Shown: positions 11,216 to 20,832 of the stretch, piece after piece
Layout: the number at the start of each line of letters is the position of its first letter
How positions within the stretch are numbered: position 1 is the first letter of the stretch
DNA from: an uncultured Gemmatimonadaceae bacterium
GTDB taxonomy: Bacteria; Gemmatimonadota; Gemmatimonadetes; Gemmatimonadales; Gemmatimonadaceae
Length of the DNA stretch: 64,000 nt
Assembly: GCA_963822945.1 (NCBI GenBank)
Contig: CAWGJO010000021.1
Span: 96,001-160,000, forward strand
Reading direction: 5' to 3'
Notes under the pieces: model-generated
The model's database searches: none
The model's input: only the letters and a program-made list of their open reading frames with translations
Told to the model about the DNA's origin: nothing
Position numbers and translations under genes: made by a program

Positions 11216-12472
11216 ATGAGCGTCTGGACCCGCCTGCTCGACAGCTTCCGCGAGAACGTCGCCGTGGCGTTCGACTCGCTGCGGGTGAGCAAGCTGCGCT
11301 CCGGGCTCACCATTCTCGGCGTGGTGATCGGCGTCTCCACCGTCATGGCCATGGCGTCCATCGTACAGGGCATCCAGCAGCAGATCATCGACACCATCAA
11401 GATTGCCGGCCCGACCACCTTCTACGTGATGAAGGTGTTCTCCCAGACGCCGCTGAACCCGCAGGATCTGCCGCAGTGGGTGCGCGACCGGCCCAACCTC
11501 ACCGTCGCCGAGGCGCGGCGCATTCAGGCCCTGCCCGAGATCGCGTACGCCGGTATGTGGGGACAGTACATCGCCCGCGTGGAGTACGCGGGCATACGGA
11601 CCCAACCGCAGGTGATCGTCGGGGCCGACGCCAACTTCACGGAGATCCAGGGCGGCAGCCTCACCGAAGGCCGGTGGTTCACGCACAGCGAGGAGACGAG
11701 CGGCAAGTCGGTGGCCGTGCTCGACGTGGACGTGGCGCAGAAGTTGTTCGGCAGCATCGATCCGATCGGGAAGTGGGTGCACATCGGGAGCAAGCCCGCG
11801 CAAGTGGTCGGCCTGTACCAACCGGCGGCGAACATCTTCAATCCGCCCGGGCAACAGATCATGGCCATCGTGCCGTACCTGATGCTCGACCATCAGTTCA
11901 CGCTCGACAAGACGAACATGGTGTTCATCCCGGTGAAGCCGCGCCCCGGCGTCACCATCGACGACGCCGAGAGCGCCGTGATCGTTGCCTTGCGCGAGTC
12001 GCGCGGGCTGCACCCGGCGGATCACAACACCTTCGACCTGCTCACGCAGGATCAGATTCTCGACGTGTTCAACAAGCTCACGGGCGTGTTCTTCCTGGTG
12101 ATGATCGTGCTGAGCGCCGTGGCACTCCTGGTGGGCGGCATCGGGGTGATGGCGGTGATGATGATCAGCGTGACGGAGCGCACCCACGAGATCGGGCTCC
12201 GCAAGGCTGTCGGGGCCACGCGGCGCGACATCATGCAGCAGTTTCTGGTGGAAGCGGCGACGCTCACCGGCGTCGGCGGCGTGGTCGGCATTGCGGTCGG
12301 CCTCGCCCTGGGGCGCATCGTGACCGTCGCGATGAGCATCAACGCCGCGGCGCCGGTGGCGCTGACGCTCGCCGCAGTGGGGGTATCCGTCGGCATCGGG
12401 CTGGCGTTCGGCGTGCTGCCGGCCCTGCGTGCGGCGCGGCTGGATCCGGTGGAGGCGCTGCGGTACGAGTGA
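11216..12472 (+). CDS. ABC transporter permease, MacB/FtsX family (pair 3, subunit B)
   Basis: GGIGVMAVMMISVTERTHEIGLRK; ends LDPVEALRYE. Confidence 0.93.
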   Translation: MSVWTRLLDSFRENVAVAFDSLRVSKLRSGLTILGVVIGVSTVMAMASIVQGIQQQIIDTIKIAGPTTFYVMKVFSQTPLNPQDLPQWVRDRPNLTVAEARRIQALPEIAYAGMWGQYIARVEYAGIRTQPQVIVGADANFTEIQGGSLTEGRWFTHSEETSGKSVAVLDVDVAQKLFGSIDPIGKWVHIGSKPAQVVGLYQPAANIFNPPGQQIMAIVPYLMLDHQFTLDKTNMVFIPVKPRPGVTIDDAESAVIVALRESRGLHPADHNTFDLLTQDQILDVFNKLTGVFFLVMIVLSAVALLVGGIGVMAVMMISVTERTHEIGLRKAVGATRRDIMQQFLVEAATLTGVGGVVGIAVGLALGRIVTVAMSINAAAPVALTLAAVGVSVGIGLAFGVLPALRAARLDPVEALRYE

Positions 12473-12511
12473 CCGTCGAACGTTCACCGTTCGACGCCTA
12501 TATTCTCCCCC

Positions 12512-13229
12512 ATGCCCATCGATCTGCTGGCCATCGCCGCCCATCGCGACGACGTCGAACTCACCTGCGGCGGCACCCTGCTCGTGGCGGCCGGCCGGGG
12601 CCGTACCACCGGCATTCTCGATCTCTCGCAGGGCGAAGCGGGGACGCGAGGCTCGGCCGACCTGCGTGGGGAGGAGGCCGCACGCGCGGCGAAGATTCTG
12701 GGCGTCTCGGTGCGCGAGAACCTCGGCCTGCCCGACGCCGGGAATCGTGAACACGCCCGAGACGCGTGCCATGGTGGCGGGCGTGATCCGGCGTCTCCAG
12801 CCGCGTGTCGTCATCGCGCCCTCTCTCAAGGGCCGGCATCCCGATCACATCGCCGCGGCCCAATTGGTGCGCGATGCGTGCTTCGTGGCAGGCCTGGCCA
12901 AGGTGGCGCCGGGAATCCCGAAGCACCGTCCGCACAAGGTGATCCACGCCGTGACCTATCGGCAGGACTTCGAACGGCCGACCTTCGTCGTGGACGTTTC
13001 GGACGTGTTCGAGCGGAAGATGGAAGCCATCCGCTGTTACGGCTCCCAGTTCGACGACACGATCCAGGCCGGCGAGGTGTATCCCAATGGCGAACCGCTA
13101 TATGACGTCGTGCGGCACTACTCGGCGTATTACGGTGCGCTCATCCGCACCCGGTACGGCGAGCCATTCTACACCACCGAGACCATGCGCGTGGACGACG
13201 TGACGGCACTCGAGGTCGCGACCTTCTAG
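12512..13229 (+). CDS. bshB1: Bacillithiol biosynthesis deacetylase BshB1 / PIG-L family (one frameshift near 12740)
   Basis: [28 protein letters not shown] in one frame; RHPDH and YGSQF...YGEPF in the next; extra G in the GGG run near 12740. Confidence 0.8.
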
Positions 13230-13265
13230 CGGCGCCCGCTGGCGGGCCGCCCTATATTTCGGACC

Positions 13266-14429
13266 ATGGCGGTCCCCATCTATCTCGATCACTCGGCCAC
13301 GACCCCGGTACGTCCGGAGGTCCTCGACGCCATGCAGCCGTTCTACGGCCCGCGCTTCGGGAACCCGTCGAGCGCCCACCGGTGGGGCCGGGAAGCCCGC
13401 GTCGCGCTGGATGAGGCGCGGGAGCGCGTCGCCCGGTGCCTCGGGGCGCACGCGGATGAGGTCTGCTTCACCTCCGGCGGCACGGAGTCCGACAACCTCG
13501 CCGTGCTGGGCGTCTGGCGGGCGCATCGGAGCCGTGGGAAGACGGCCATCGTCACCACCCCCATCGAGCACAAGGCGGTGCTGGAGGCGGTGCACACGGC
13601 CGCCCACGAGGGCGCCGAGGAGCGGCTCACCCGCATGACGCCCGACGGCCTCGTCGATCGATCGTCCTTCGACGAGCTGTTGCGGGACGACGTCGCGATC
13701 GCGTCGGTGATGTGGGTGAACAACGAGATCGGCGCCATTCAGCCGGTGCCCGAGTTCGCGGCCATGGCGCGCGAACGCGGCGTGGTCTTCCATACCGACG
13801 CCGTGCAGGCATTTGGCAAGCTCGATGTCGACACCACGAAGCTCCCCGTCGACCTGCTCTCCATCTCGGGGCACAAGATCGGCGCCCCCAAGGGATGCGG
13901 CGTGTTGTTCGTCCGGCGTGGCACGTCCGTCGAGCCGCTCTTCCACGGCGGTTCCCAGGACCGCGGCCGTCGCCCCGGCACCGAGAACGTCGCGTTTGCG
14001 GTGGCGCTCGCCACAGCCGCCGAACTCGCGGTCGCCGAACGGGAGGAGGAATCCACACGGTTGGCCGCCCTGCGCGACCGCCTCCAGGCCATGCTCGAGC
14101 AGCGCATCCCCGAGATCGTCGTGCATGCCCGCCACGCACCGCGCGCGCCGCACATCCTGAACGTCTCGGTACCGGGCACGGAGAGCGAGTCCATGCTCAT
14201 GGCACTCGATCTCCAGGGCATCGCGTGCTCGGGCGGATCGGCGTGTCAGACCGGCGCCGGCTCACCGTCGTATGTGTTGTCGGCCATCGGCGTGAATCCG
14301 GCCCTGGCCGGCGCGGCCGTGCGCATGAGTCTCGGCGCGTTGACCGACGATGCCGCCATCGACCGGGTGGCCGAGGTGTTCCCCGCCCTCGTGGCCAAGG
14401 CGCGCGGCGTTTCGGCGGCCGCCGTCTGA
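13266..14429 (+). CDS. iscS: Cysteine desulfurase (IscS/NifS family)
   Basis: YLDHSATTP, FTSGGTESDN, HTDAVQ, SGHK (PLP Lys), GSAC catalytic Cys; directly upstream of mnmA. Confidence 0.9.
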   Translation: MAVPIYLDHSATTPVRPEVLDAMQPFYGPRFGNPSSAHRWGREARVALDEARERVARCLGAHADEVCFTSGGTESDNLAVLGVWRAHRSRGKTAIVTTPIEHKAVLEAVHTAAHEGAEERLTRMTPDGLVDRSSFDELLRDDVAIASVMWVNNEIGAIQPVPEFAAMARERGVVFHTDAVQAFGKLDVDTTKLPVDLLSISGHKIGAPKGCGVLFVRRGTSVEPLFHGGSQDRGRRPGTENVAFAVALATAAELAVAEREEESTRLAALRDRLQAMLEQRIPEIVVHARHAPRAPHILNVSVPGTESESMLMALDLQGIACSGGSACQTGAGSPSYVLSAIGVNPALAGAAVRMSLGALTDDAAIDRVAEVFPALVAKARGVSAAAV

Positions 14430-14449
14430 GCCCGCGCCCGATGCCATCC

Positions 14450-15559
14450 ATGAAGGAGCGCGTGTTGGTCGCCATGTCGGGCGGCGTCGATTCGTCCGTG
14501 GCTGCCGCCATGCTCGTCGAGCAGGGCTACGACGTCGTGGGCGCTACGATGAAGCTGTTCTGCTACGGCGACGAGGTCGTCGACCGCCCCTGTTGCTCAC
14601 TGGACTCGATCAACGACGCGCGCCGCGTGTGCGACACGCTCGGCATTCCGCACTACGTCCTCAATCTCGAGAGCGCGTTCTCGCACGATGTCATCGACGA
14701 CTTCGTCGACGAGTACGCGCGTGGACGCACGCCGATCCCCTGCGTGCGCTGCAACACCTTCACCAAGTTCCGGGACCTCGTGCATCGCGCGGACGGCGTC
14801 GACGCGCGCTGGATCGCGACCGGCCACTACGCGCGCATCGTCGACGGGGTGCTCCATCGAGGCGTCGATCGGTCCAAGGACCAGTCGTACTTCCTGTGGG
14901 GCATCGACCGCACGGTGCTGTCCCGCATGTTGCTCCCCGTGGGAACGCAGACCAAGAGCGAGACGCGTGCTCTGGCCCGCCTGCTGGACCTCCGGGTCGT
15001 GGCCGACAAGCTGGAGAGCCAGGACATCTGCTTCGTGCCCGACGGCGACCACACGAAGATCATTCGCTCGAAACTCGGCGCCGACGCCCCGAGCCTCTCG
15101 CGGGGCCCATTCGTGCTTTCCGGCGGAGAGGTCGTGGGACACCACGACGGACACGCGCGCTTCACCATCGGGCAACGGCGAGGGCTCCCCGGCGGCTTCG
15201 CCGAGCCGATGTTCGTGGTCGCCATCCGTCCCGCCGACCGGGCGGTGGTGATCGGCACGCGCGAGGAGCTGCTCGGCAGCGGTCTTGTTGCCCGCGGCGT
15301 GAACTGGCTCGTGGATGCGCCCACCGTCGGCGCGCGCATCCGCGTGCAGGTGCGCCACCGGGCGCCGGCGGCGCGTGCCGAGATCGTTCGGCTGGAAGGC
15401 GACGAGATCGAACTCGCCCTCGACGACGCAGTCAGCGCCATCACCCCGGGACAATCGGCCGTGTTCTACGACGGCGACCGGGTGTTGGGGGGTGGACTCA
15501 TCGAGTCGGCGGCCCGGCGAGCGCTGCCCGTGATGGCCGGTGAACCCGCAGGCAGGTAG
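14450..15559 (+). CDS. mnmA: tRNA 2-thiouridine(34) synthase MnmA
   Basis: VAMSGGVDS PP-loop, PCVRCN, ATGHYAR, KDQSYFL, ESQDICF, TIGQRRG, ITPGQSAVFY. Confidence 0.96.
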   Translation: MKERVLVAMSGGVDSSVAAAMLVEQGYDVVGATMKLFCYGDEVVDRPCCSLDSINDARRVCDTLGIPHYVLNLESAFSHDVIDDFVDEYARGRTPIPCVRCNTFTKFRDLVHRADGVDARWIATGHYARIVDGVLHRGVDRSKDQSYFLWGIDRTVLSRMLLPVGTQTKSETRALARLLDLRVVADKLESQDICFVPDGDHTKIIRSKLGADAPSLSRGPFVLSGGEVVGHHDGHARFTIGQRRGLPGGFAEPMFVVAIRPADRAVVIGTREELLGSGLVARGVNWLVDAPTVGARIRVQVRHRAPAARAEIVRLEGDEIELALDDAVSAITPGQSAVFYDGDRVLGGGLIESAARRALPVMAGEPAGR

Positions 15560-15630
15560 GCGAGTGTCCGCGTAGCAGCTCGTCCTGCCAGCCACTCACC
15601 ACCCCCACCGCAGGCGCCGCAGGTGCCGTT

Positions 15631-15688
15631 TGACTGTCTGACTGTCCGACTGTTGTCCGACTGTCCGACTGTCCGACTGTCCGACTGT
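15631..15688. repeat. Tandem 8-mer repeat (Y)GACTGTC, about 6 copies with one interruption
   Basis: tgactgtc tgactgtc cgactgt tgtc cgactgtc cgactgtc cgactgtc cgactgt, between convergent mnmA and dnaJ. Confidence 0.9.
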
Positions 15689-16810
15689 TCAGTACTTCAG
15701 CCCGCCCGCCTCCGCGAACTCCTTCATCATCTTTTCCTGATCGGGCGTGAGCTTGTCGGGCACCGTGACCTCGACCTGCACGATCAGGTCGCCGCGGGCG
15801 CCCTCCTTCTCCACCCCCTGCCCCTTTACCCGGAAGCGCTTGCCCGAGGGTGTACCGGCGGGAATGCGGATGGCCACCTTCTTCCCGTTGAGCGTGCGCA
15901 CGCCGACCTTGGACCCGAGGGTTGCCTGCGCGATGTTGATCGGGACCTTCGCCACGAGGTCGAGCCCCTCCCGGGCATAGAACCGGTCGGCGGCCACCTG
16001 AATGGTGATCAGCAGATCGCCCGGCGGGCCGTTGCGCGCCCCGCGCCCGCCCTGCCCCTTGAGCCGGATCCGCGTACCCGTATCGGCGCCGGCCGGCACG
16101 GTGATCAGCACCTTGCGGCGGGCCCGCACCTCACCGTTGCCACCGCACGTGGAGCAGCGTTCGCTCGGCACCTGGCCGCGCCCCAGACACTGCGGGCAGG
16201 GACGCTGGACGGCGAACCCACCCTGGCCGAACGAGATCGTGCCCCGCCCCCCGCACTCCGGACAGGTCTGGAACTTGGCGCCCGGCGCACCGCCCGATCC
16301 GTGACAGGTCTCGCACTCCTCGGTCAACTCGAGTTCCACCGGCACCTTGCCGCCGGTGGCGGCGGTGCGGAACGGCACTTCGAGCGACCGCTCGACATCC
16401 TGCCCGCGTTCGGGTCCGCGCGAGCGAGCGCGCCCCCCGCCGAACATGGAACTGAACAGGTCGCCGAAGCCACCCAGGCCTCCGAGGTCACCCAGATCCT
16501 CGAACTTGAAGCCGCCGCCGGGCGCGCCGCCGGGGGCCCCCGATGACGGGCGCGGACCGCGGGCCGACGTGAACCCGCCGCCGAACGCGCCGAGGCGGCG
16601 CATCTCGTCGTACTGTTTGCGCTTCTCCGCGTCGCCGATGACCGTGTACGCCTCCGAGATCTCCTTGAAGCGTTCAGCGGCCTTTGGGTCGTTCGGATTG
16701 GCGTCGGGGTGGAATTTCTTGGCCAGCTTCCGGTACTGCTTCTTGATGTCTTCCTGCTTGGCGGAAGCGGGCACCCCGAGTACAGCGTAGTAGTCCTTGG
16801 ATGGCGGCAT
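15689..16810 (-). CDS. dnaJ: Molecular chaperone DnaJ
   Basis: J domain with HPD, G/F-rich region, four CxxCxGxG zinc motifs. Confidence 0.97.
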   Translation of the reverse strand: MPPSKDYYAVLGVPASAKQEDIKKQYRKLAKKFHPDANPNDPKAAERFKEISEAYTVIGDAEKRKQYDEMRRLGAFGGGFTSARGPRPSSGAPGGAPGGGFKFEDLGDLGGLGGFGDLFSSMFGGGRARSRGPERGQDVERSLEVPFRTAATGGKVPVELELTEECETCHGSGGAPGAKFQTCPECGGRGTISFGQGGFAVQRPCPQCLGRGQVPSERCSTCGGNGEVRARRKVLITVPAGADTGTRIRLKGQGGRGARNGPPGDLLITIQVAADRFYAREGLDLVAKVPINIAQATLGSKVGVRTLNGKKVAIRIPAGTPSGKRFRVKGQGVEKEGARGDLIVQVEVTVPDKLTPDQEKMMKEFAEAGGLKY

Positions 16811-16819
16811 GCGGGTTGG

Positions 16820-17419
16820 CTACGGTTCGTCGTGCCACTGCGTCACGACGACGCGAGCGGGACGAAGCAACTGGCCATTGAAGAGGTAGCCCACCTGGTA
16901 AACCTGGGCGACGCGGTGGTCCTCCTCAGGCAGTTCGGCACGGACGGCCGACACGGCTTCGTGCACCTCGGGGTTGAACTGCTCCCCGAGCGGATTCAGC
17001 ACCTCCAGCCCGTGCCCCGCCAGCGTCTTCAACAACTTCTTCTCCACCATGTCGGCGCCCTGAACCACCGTCGCCGCGTCCACGGTCGCCGGATCCACGT
17101 GTGCAAACCGGCCCAGGTCATCCAGCGCGTCGAGCATGCCGCGAATCAACAGCCCCATGCCGCGCAGTTCGGCGTCTTGCCGCTCGCGCACCGTACGCTT
17201 GCGAAAATTGTCATACTCGGCCGCGAGGCGGAGCAGCTTGTCCTTCTGGTCGGCGAGTTCGCCTTCCAGGGCGGCCACGACCGTGGCCGCGTCGACGACA
17301 TCGCCCGACGCTGCCGGATCCTGGCCCACAATGCCCACGTCGTCGGCGTTCGGCGTCGGTTGCCCGGCGCCCTCCTGCGGCTCGGCGGGTGTCTTGGCGG
17401 AATTGGCTTTGTGTGTCAT
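16820..17419 (-). CDS. grpE: Nucleotide exchange factor GrpE
   Basis: LRLAAEYDNFRKR, FNPEVHEA, VYQVGY...LLRPARVVV; start MTHKANS at 17419. Confidence 0.95.
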   Translation of the reverse strand: MTHKANSAKTPAEPQEGAGQPTPNADDVGIVGQDPAASGDVVDAATVVAALEGELADQKDKLLRLAAEYDNFRKRTVRERQDAELRGMGLLIRGMLDALDDLGRFAHVDPATVDAATVVQGADMVEKKLLKTLAGHGLEVLNPLGEQFNPEVHEAVSAVRAELPEEDHRVAQVYQVGYLFNGQLLRPARVVVTQWHDEP

Positions 17420-17450
17420 TGAAGTAAACTTCGTCCTCCGGGCGCACAGT

Positions 17451-17467
17451 CGCAATGTCCGTGCCCC
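17451..17467 (-). promoter_or_regulatory. Putative sigma54 (-24/-12) promoter for grpE-dnaJ
   Basis: Minus strand GGGGCACGGACATTGCG: GG-N10-GC with GGCAC and TTGC, about 30 nt before grpE. Confidence 0.6.
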
Positions 17468-17656
17468 AAGAGCCTGCCATCCCGGCGGAACTCGGGTGCG
17501 CACGCGCCCATCCTTGCAGGACTCGCCGGCAGTGTGGCCGACCCGGTGACGGCATCGGGAACCGCCAGGTCCATGAACGGTATCAGAGGACGCCCCCCGA
17601 GACGACGCGTCTGCATCACTCCTGGGGTGCGACCTCAGGCCACACAGAGGATAACG

Positions 17657-18238
17657 GTGGGTTCGCTGTTGACGGCGGTGCGACAGGCACCGGATCTCGT
17701 GCTGCACCAGGTGCGGCGGTATGCAGCCCAGGTCGTGATCTCGCGGCCTCAGCAGGTGTCGACGGTGCTTGTGGTGTGCCACGGGAATATCTGTCGCAGC
17801 CCGTATGCGGCCGTGATCATGGGCCGGTGGCTGTCCCGGACGGGAATTTCCGTGCAATCGGCCGGTTTCGTGGGCCCCGGACGGCGATCTCCCCCAGAGG
17901 CGATCCTCGCGGCCCATCGGCGCGGCGTGAACCTGTCCACGCACCGGTCGGTGACGCTCACCTCGGCGATGGTGCGCGCCGCCGGGCTGGTGGTCACGAT
18001 GGACGCGGCCCAGGCTCGCGAAATCCGCCGGCGATTCGGGAAGCCGTCGAGCCAGGTCCTCGTCCTCAGCGACTTCGACCCCATCGAAGCGACCCCCCGC
18101 GCCATCGACGATCCGTTCGGACAGCCGGCAGCGACGTACGATCGCGTCTACGGACGGATCGAACGGTGCTCGGCCGCCCTCACCGAGCGGCTGATCAGGC
18201 GGCTGCGGCGGCCCGAATCTTGCGCGGAAGCGGGGTGA
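17657..18238 (+). CDS. Low-molecular-weight protein tyrosine phosphatase family (Wzb-like), copy 1
   Basis: P-loop VCHGNICRSP, SAG, IDDPFG; GTG 17657 after AGAGGA (start uncertain). Confidence 0.85.
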   Translation: MGSLLTAVRQAPDLVLHQVRRYAAQVVISRPQQVSTVLVVCHGNICRSPYAAVIMGRWLSRTGISVQSAGFVGPGRRSPPEAILAAHRRGVNLSTHRSVTLTSAMVRAAGLVVTMDAAQAREIRRRFGKPSSQVLVLSDFDPIEATPRAIDDPFGQPAATYDRVYGRIERCSAALTERLIRRLRRPESCAEAG

Positions 18239-18301
18239 TCGTCGCGCTGGACCGGCGACGCAACGTCCGTCTTCACTCTCGCTCGTCATCCCCCCGCGAT
18301 C

Positions 18302-18895
18302 ATGACCGTGCGAAAACTGATGCACCCGGTTCTGGCCGCGTCCAGGTTCGCCCGAGACCGGGCTCTGCACCCCTTCCGCCGCCGTGCGGCGTACGCGGCG
18401 GCCGCCCGCGATCCGCGCCCGCGGTCCATCCTGGTCGTGTGCCACGGCAACATCTGCCGGAGCCCCTTTGCCGAGGCCGCGATTCGCCGTGAGTTGAACG
18501 GAGCCGCCGTTCGCGTCAGCTCGGCGGGATTCATCGGGCCGGGCCGCCAGCCGCCCCAGAACGCCCTCCAGGCGGCCGCCGGTCGCGGTATCGACATGAC
18601 CGACCATCGCTCGCGGGTGCTCGAACCAGCCATCGTTCAGGGCGCCGATCTCGTGATCACCATGGATGCGCGCCAGGCACGGGATATCTGCGAGCGGTTC
18701 GGGAAGCCGCCTGGGCAGGTGGTCCCGCTCGGGGATTTCGATCCGGGATCGTCGGACGGACGCACCATCATGGATCCCGTGGAACTCCCCGTTGAAGTCT
18801 TCGATCGGGTCTACGCCCGCATCGAGATGTGCGCGGAGCAGGTGGCCCGTGCTATACTCGGGGCGTCCGGGTCCCCCATCGCGACCTCTCGCTAG
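18302..18895 (+). CDS. Low-molecular-weight protein tyrosine phosphatase family (Wzb-like), copy 2
   Basis: VCHGNICRSPFAE, SSAG, IMDPVE. Confidence 0.88.
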   Translation: MTVRKLMHPVLAASRFARDRALHPFRRRAAYAAAARDPRPRSILVVCHGNICRSPFAEAAIRRELNGAAVRVSSAGFIGPGRQPPQNALQAAAGRGIDMTDHRSRVLEPAIVQGADLVITMDARQARDICERFGKPPGQVVPLGDFDPGSSDGRTIMDPVELPVEVFDRVYARIEMCAEQVARAILGASGSPIATSR

Positions 18896-18950
18896 GCCCA
18901 CCACGGCCGGTGGTCGTTGCGTCAGCGCCACAAATAGACCGTGGCAGGCA

Positions 18951-18967
18951 CGGCACATCCATTGCAT
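18951..18967 (+). promoter_or_regulatory. Putative sigma54 promoter for the deacetylase-FemAB-DegT operon
   Basis: CGGCACATCCATTGCAT: GG-N10-GC, near consensus; ATG lies 14 nt after the -12 C. Confidence 0.65.
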
Positions 18968-18978
18968 CGAGCGTTGTC

Positions 18979-19813
18979 ATGACGCAGCACCATTTTACCG
19001 TCGACGTGGAGGAGTACTTCCACGCATCGGCGTTCGAGCGCGTGATCGACCGGTCGGAGTGGGACGGGCTCGAACGGCGATCGGCGGACGCGGTTCGCCG
19101 GTTGCTCGACCTGATGGCCCGTCACGACGCCACGGGCACCTTCTTCGTCCTTGGCTGGGTTGCGGAGCGCGATCCCGATCTGGTAAAGGCCATCGCCGCC
19201 GCCGGGCACGAGGTGGCTTCGCACGGATGGGACCACCGGCGCGTTACGCAGCAGGCGCCGCACCAATTCAGGGAATCCGTCCGCGACAGCAAACGCCTGC
19301 TCGAGGATACCACCGGCCAGCGCGTGCGCGGGTTTCGCGCGCCCAGCTATTCGATCGTGCCCGGGCTCGAGTGGGCGCTCGATGTGTTGCTGGAAGAAGG
19401 CTACTCCTACGACTCCAGCCTCTTTCCGATCTGGCGACCCGACGGATATGGCTATGCGTGCGGCGAAGCCCGACCCCCATTGGCTCGAGCGTCCCAGCGG
19501 TCGGCTGGCCGAAGTTCCGCCGACCACCTGGCGCCGGTCTGGAATCTCCCTGCCGGCGGCCGGTGGAGCCTACTTCCGTCTGTTCCCCTACGCATTCGTG
19601 CGCTCGGCATTCTCGGCGTGTGACCGCCGTGGCGTGCCGGGCACCTTCTACATCCACCCCTGGGAAATCGATCCGGGGCAACCGCGGATGCCGGTGGGAT
19701 GGGCGACTCGCGTCCGCCACTACGGCGGTATGACGCGGACCATGCCCCGGCTCGAGCGTCTGCTCACCGAGTTCCGGTTCGCCACCATCGCTCAGACGGT
19801 GGACCAGTTGTGA
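18979..19813 (+). CDS. Polysaccharide deacetylase, XrtA/PEP-CTERM-system type with DUF3473-like C-terminus (frameshift near 19458)
   Basis: FTVDVEEYF, TFFVLGWVAE, HEVASHG, GFRAPSYS, YDSSLFP; next frame PAAGGAYFRL, FYIHPWEIDPGQPR. Confidence 0.85.
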
Positions 19814-20832
19814 ACGCGGTCGCCCCGTTCACCGGCCCCGCGGAGGAGTGGGACGCGTTCGTCCGCGCCGATCACGAAGGGACGTTCGCCCACCTGGCCG
19901 CGTGGTGGCCGATCATGCGCGACGTCTTCGGCCACGAGGTGCTGCCGCTCGCCGTTCGCGACGATCGCGGTGAGCTCACCGGCGTGCTGCCACTGGTCCA
20001 TGTGAGCAGCCGGCTGTTCGGGAAGTACCTGATCTCGATGCCGTTCCTGAATGCGGGCGGACCGCTGGGCACGCCCGAAGCTCGGGACGCCCTGGCGGCC
20101 GAGGCGGAGAGTGAGGGGCGGCGGCGCAAGGTGACCCTGGTGGAACTGCGGAACTACGGATCGGCGCCTCAGTGGGGGCGGGTGACGGACCGGAAGATCA
20201 CCGTGCACCTTCCGCTCCCGGCAACCGAGGAGCCGTTGTGGAAGGCGTTTTCGTCGAAGCTGCGCAGCCAGGTCCGGCGGGCGATGCGCGAGGAGTTCGA
20301 GGTCCGGTTCGGCAGCACTGAACTCGACGCCTTCTACGAGGTATTCACGCGCAACATGCGTGCCCTGGGCACCCCCGTGCTGCCGCGGCGTGTGTTCGAG
20401 CGGATCATGAGCGCGTTCCCCGGCGTGGCCGAGTGCGCCGTGGTCTACGACGGCACCACGCCGATCGCCGGCGGCGTCGGGTTCACCTGGAACGGCCAGT
20501 TCGAGTTGACGTGGGCGTCGGCGCTCCGCGAGTACAACGCCCGCGCGCCGAACATGCTTCTGTACTGGTCGTTGATGCAGCGCGCCATCGCCTCGGGCCA
20601 GCGCATCTTCGACTTCGGGCGCTGCACGCCGGGCGGCGGAACGCACAAGTTCAAGCGCCAGTGGGGTGGGCATGACGTTCCCCTGCCCTGGACGCAGTGG
20701 GCCCCGGGCGAAGCGCAGGCACCGCCGTCACCCGATCAGCCCATCTTCCGCATGGCGTCGGCGTGCTGGCGGAGGCTTCCCCTCGCCGTGACCAACCGGT
20801 TGGGGCCGATGATCGCCACGCAGCTACCGTGA
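19810..20832 (+). CDS. FemAB-related GNAT protein, XrtA/PEP-CTERM-system type
   Basis: GTGA overlap; SRLFGKYLISMPFLNAGG, KLRSQVRRA, NMRALGTP, PNMLLYW, FDFGRC, FKRQWG. Confidence 0.85.
   Translation: MNAVAPFTGPAEEWDAFVRADHEGTFAHLAAWWPIMRDVFGHEVLPLAVRDDRGELTGVLPLVHVSSRLFGKYLISMPFLNAGGPLGTPEARDALAAEAESEGRRRKVTLVELRNYGSAPQWGRVTDRKITVHLPLPATEEPLWKAFSSKLRSQVRRAMREEFEVRFGSTELDAFYEVFTRNMRALGTPVLPRRVFERIMSAFPGVAECAVVYDGTTPIAGGVGFTWNGQFELTWASALREYNARAPNMLLYWSLMQRAIASGQRIFDFGRCTPGGGTHKFKRQWGGHDVPLPWTQWAPGEAQAPPSPDQPIFRMASACWRRLPLAVTNRLGPMIATQLP

Noticed and set aside
9916..12829. Very long alternative ORFs (944 aa + and 956 aa -) over permease pair 3
   Set aside because: Shadow ORFs of high-GC coding DNA; they overlap well-supported permeases and have no motifs
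17657..18895. Arsenate reductases (ArsC)
   Set aside because: GNICRS is the phosphatase-type loop, the resolving Cys pair of thioredoxin-type ArsC is not evident, and no ars genes are adjacent
17420..18967. 515-aa N-terminal extension of GrpE in the ORF track
   Set aside because: It is antisense to two clear LMW-PTP genes; GrpE similarity begins near MTHKANS at 17419
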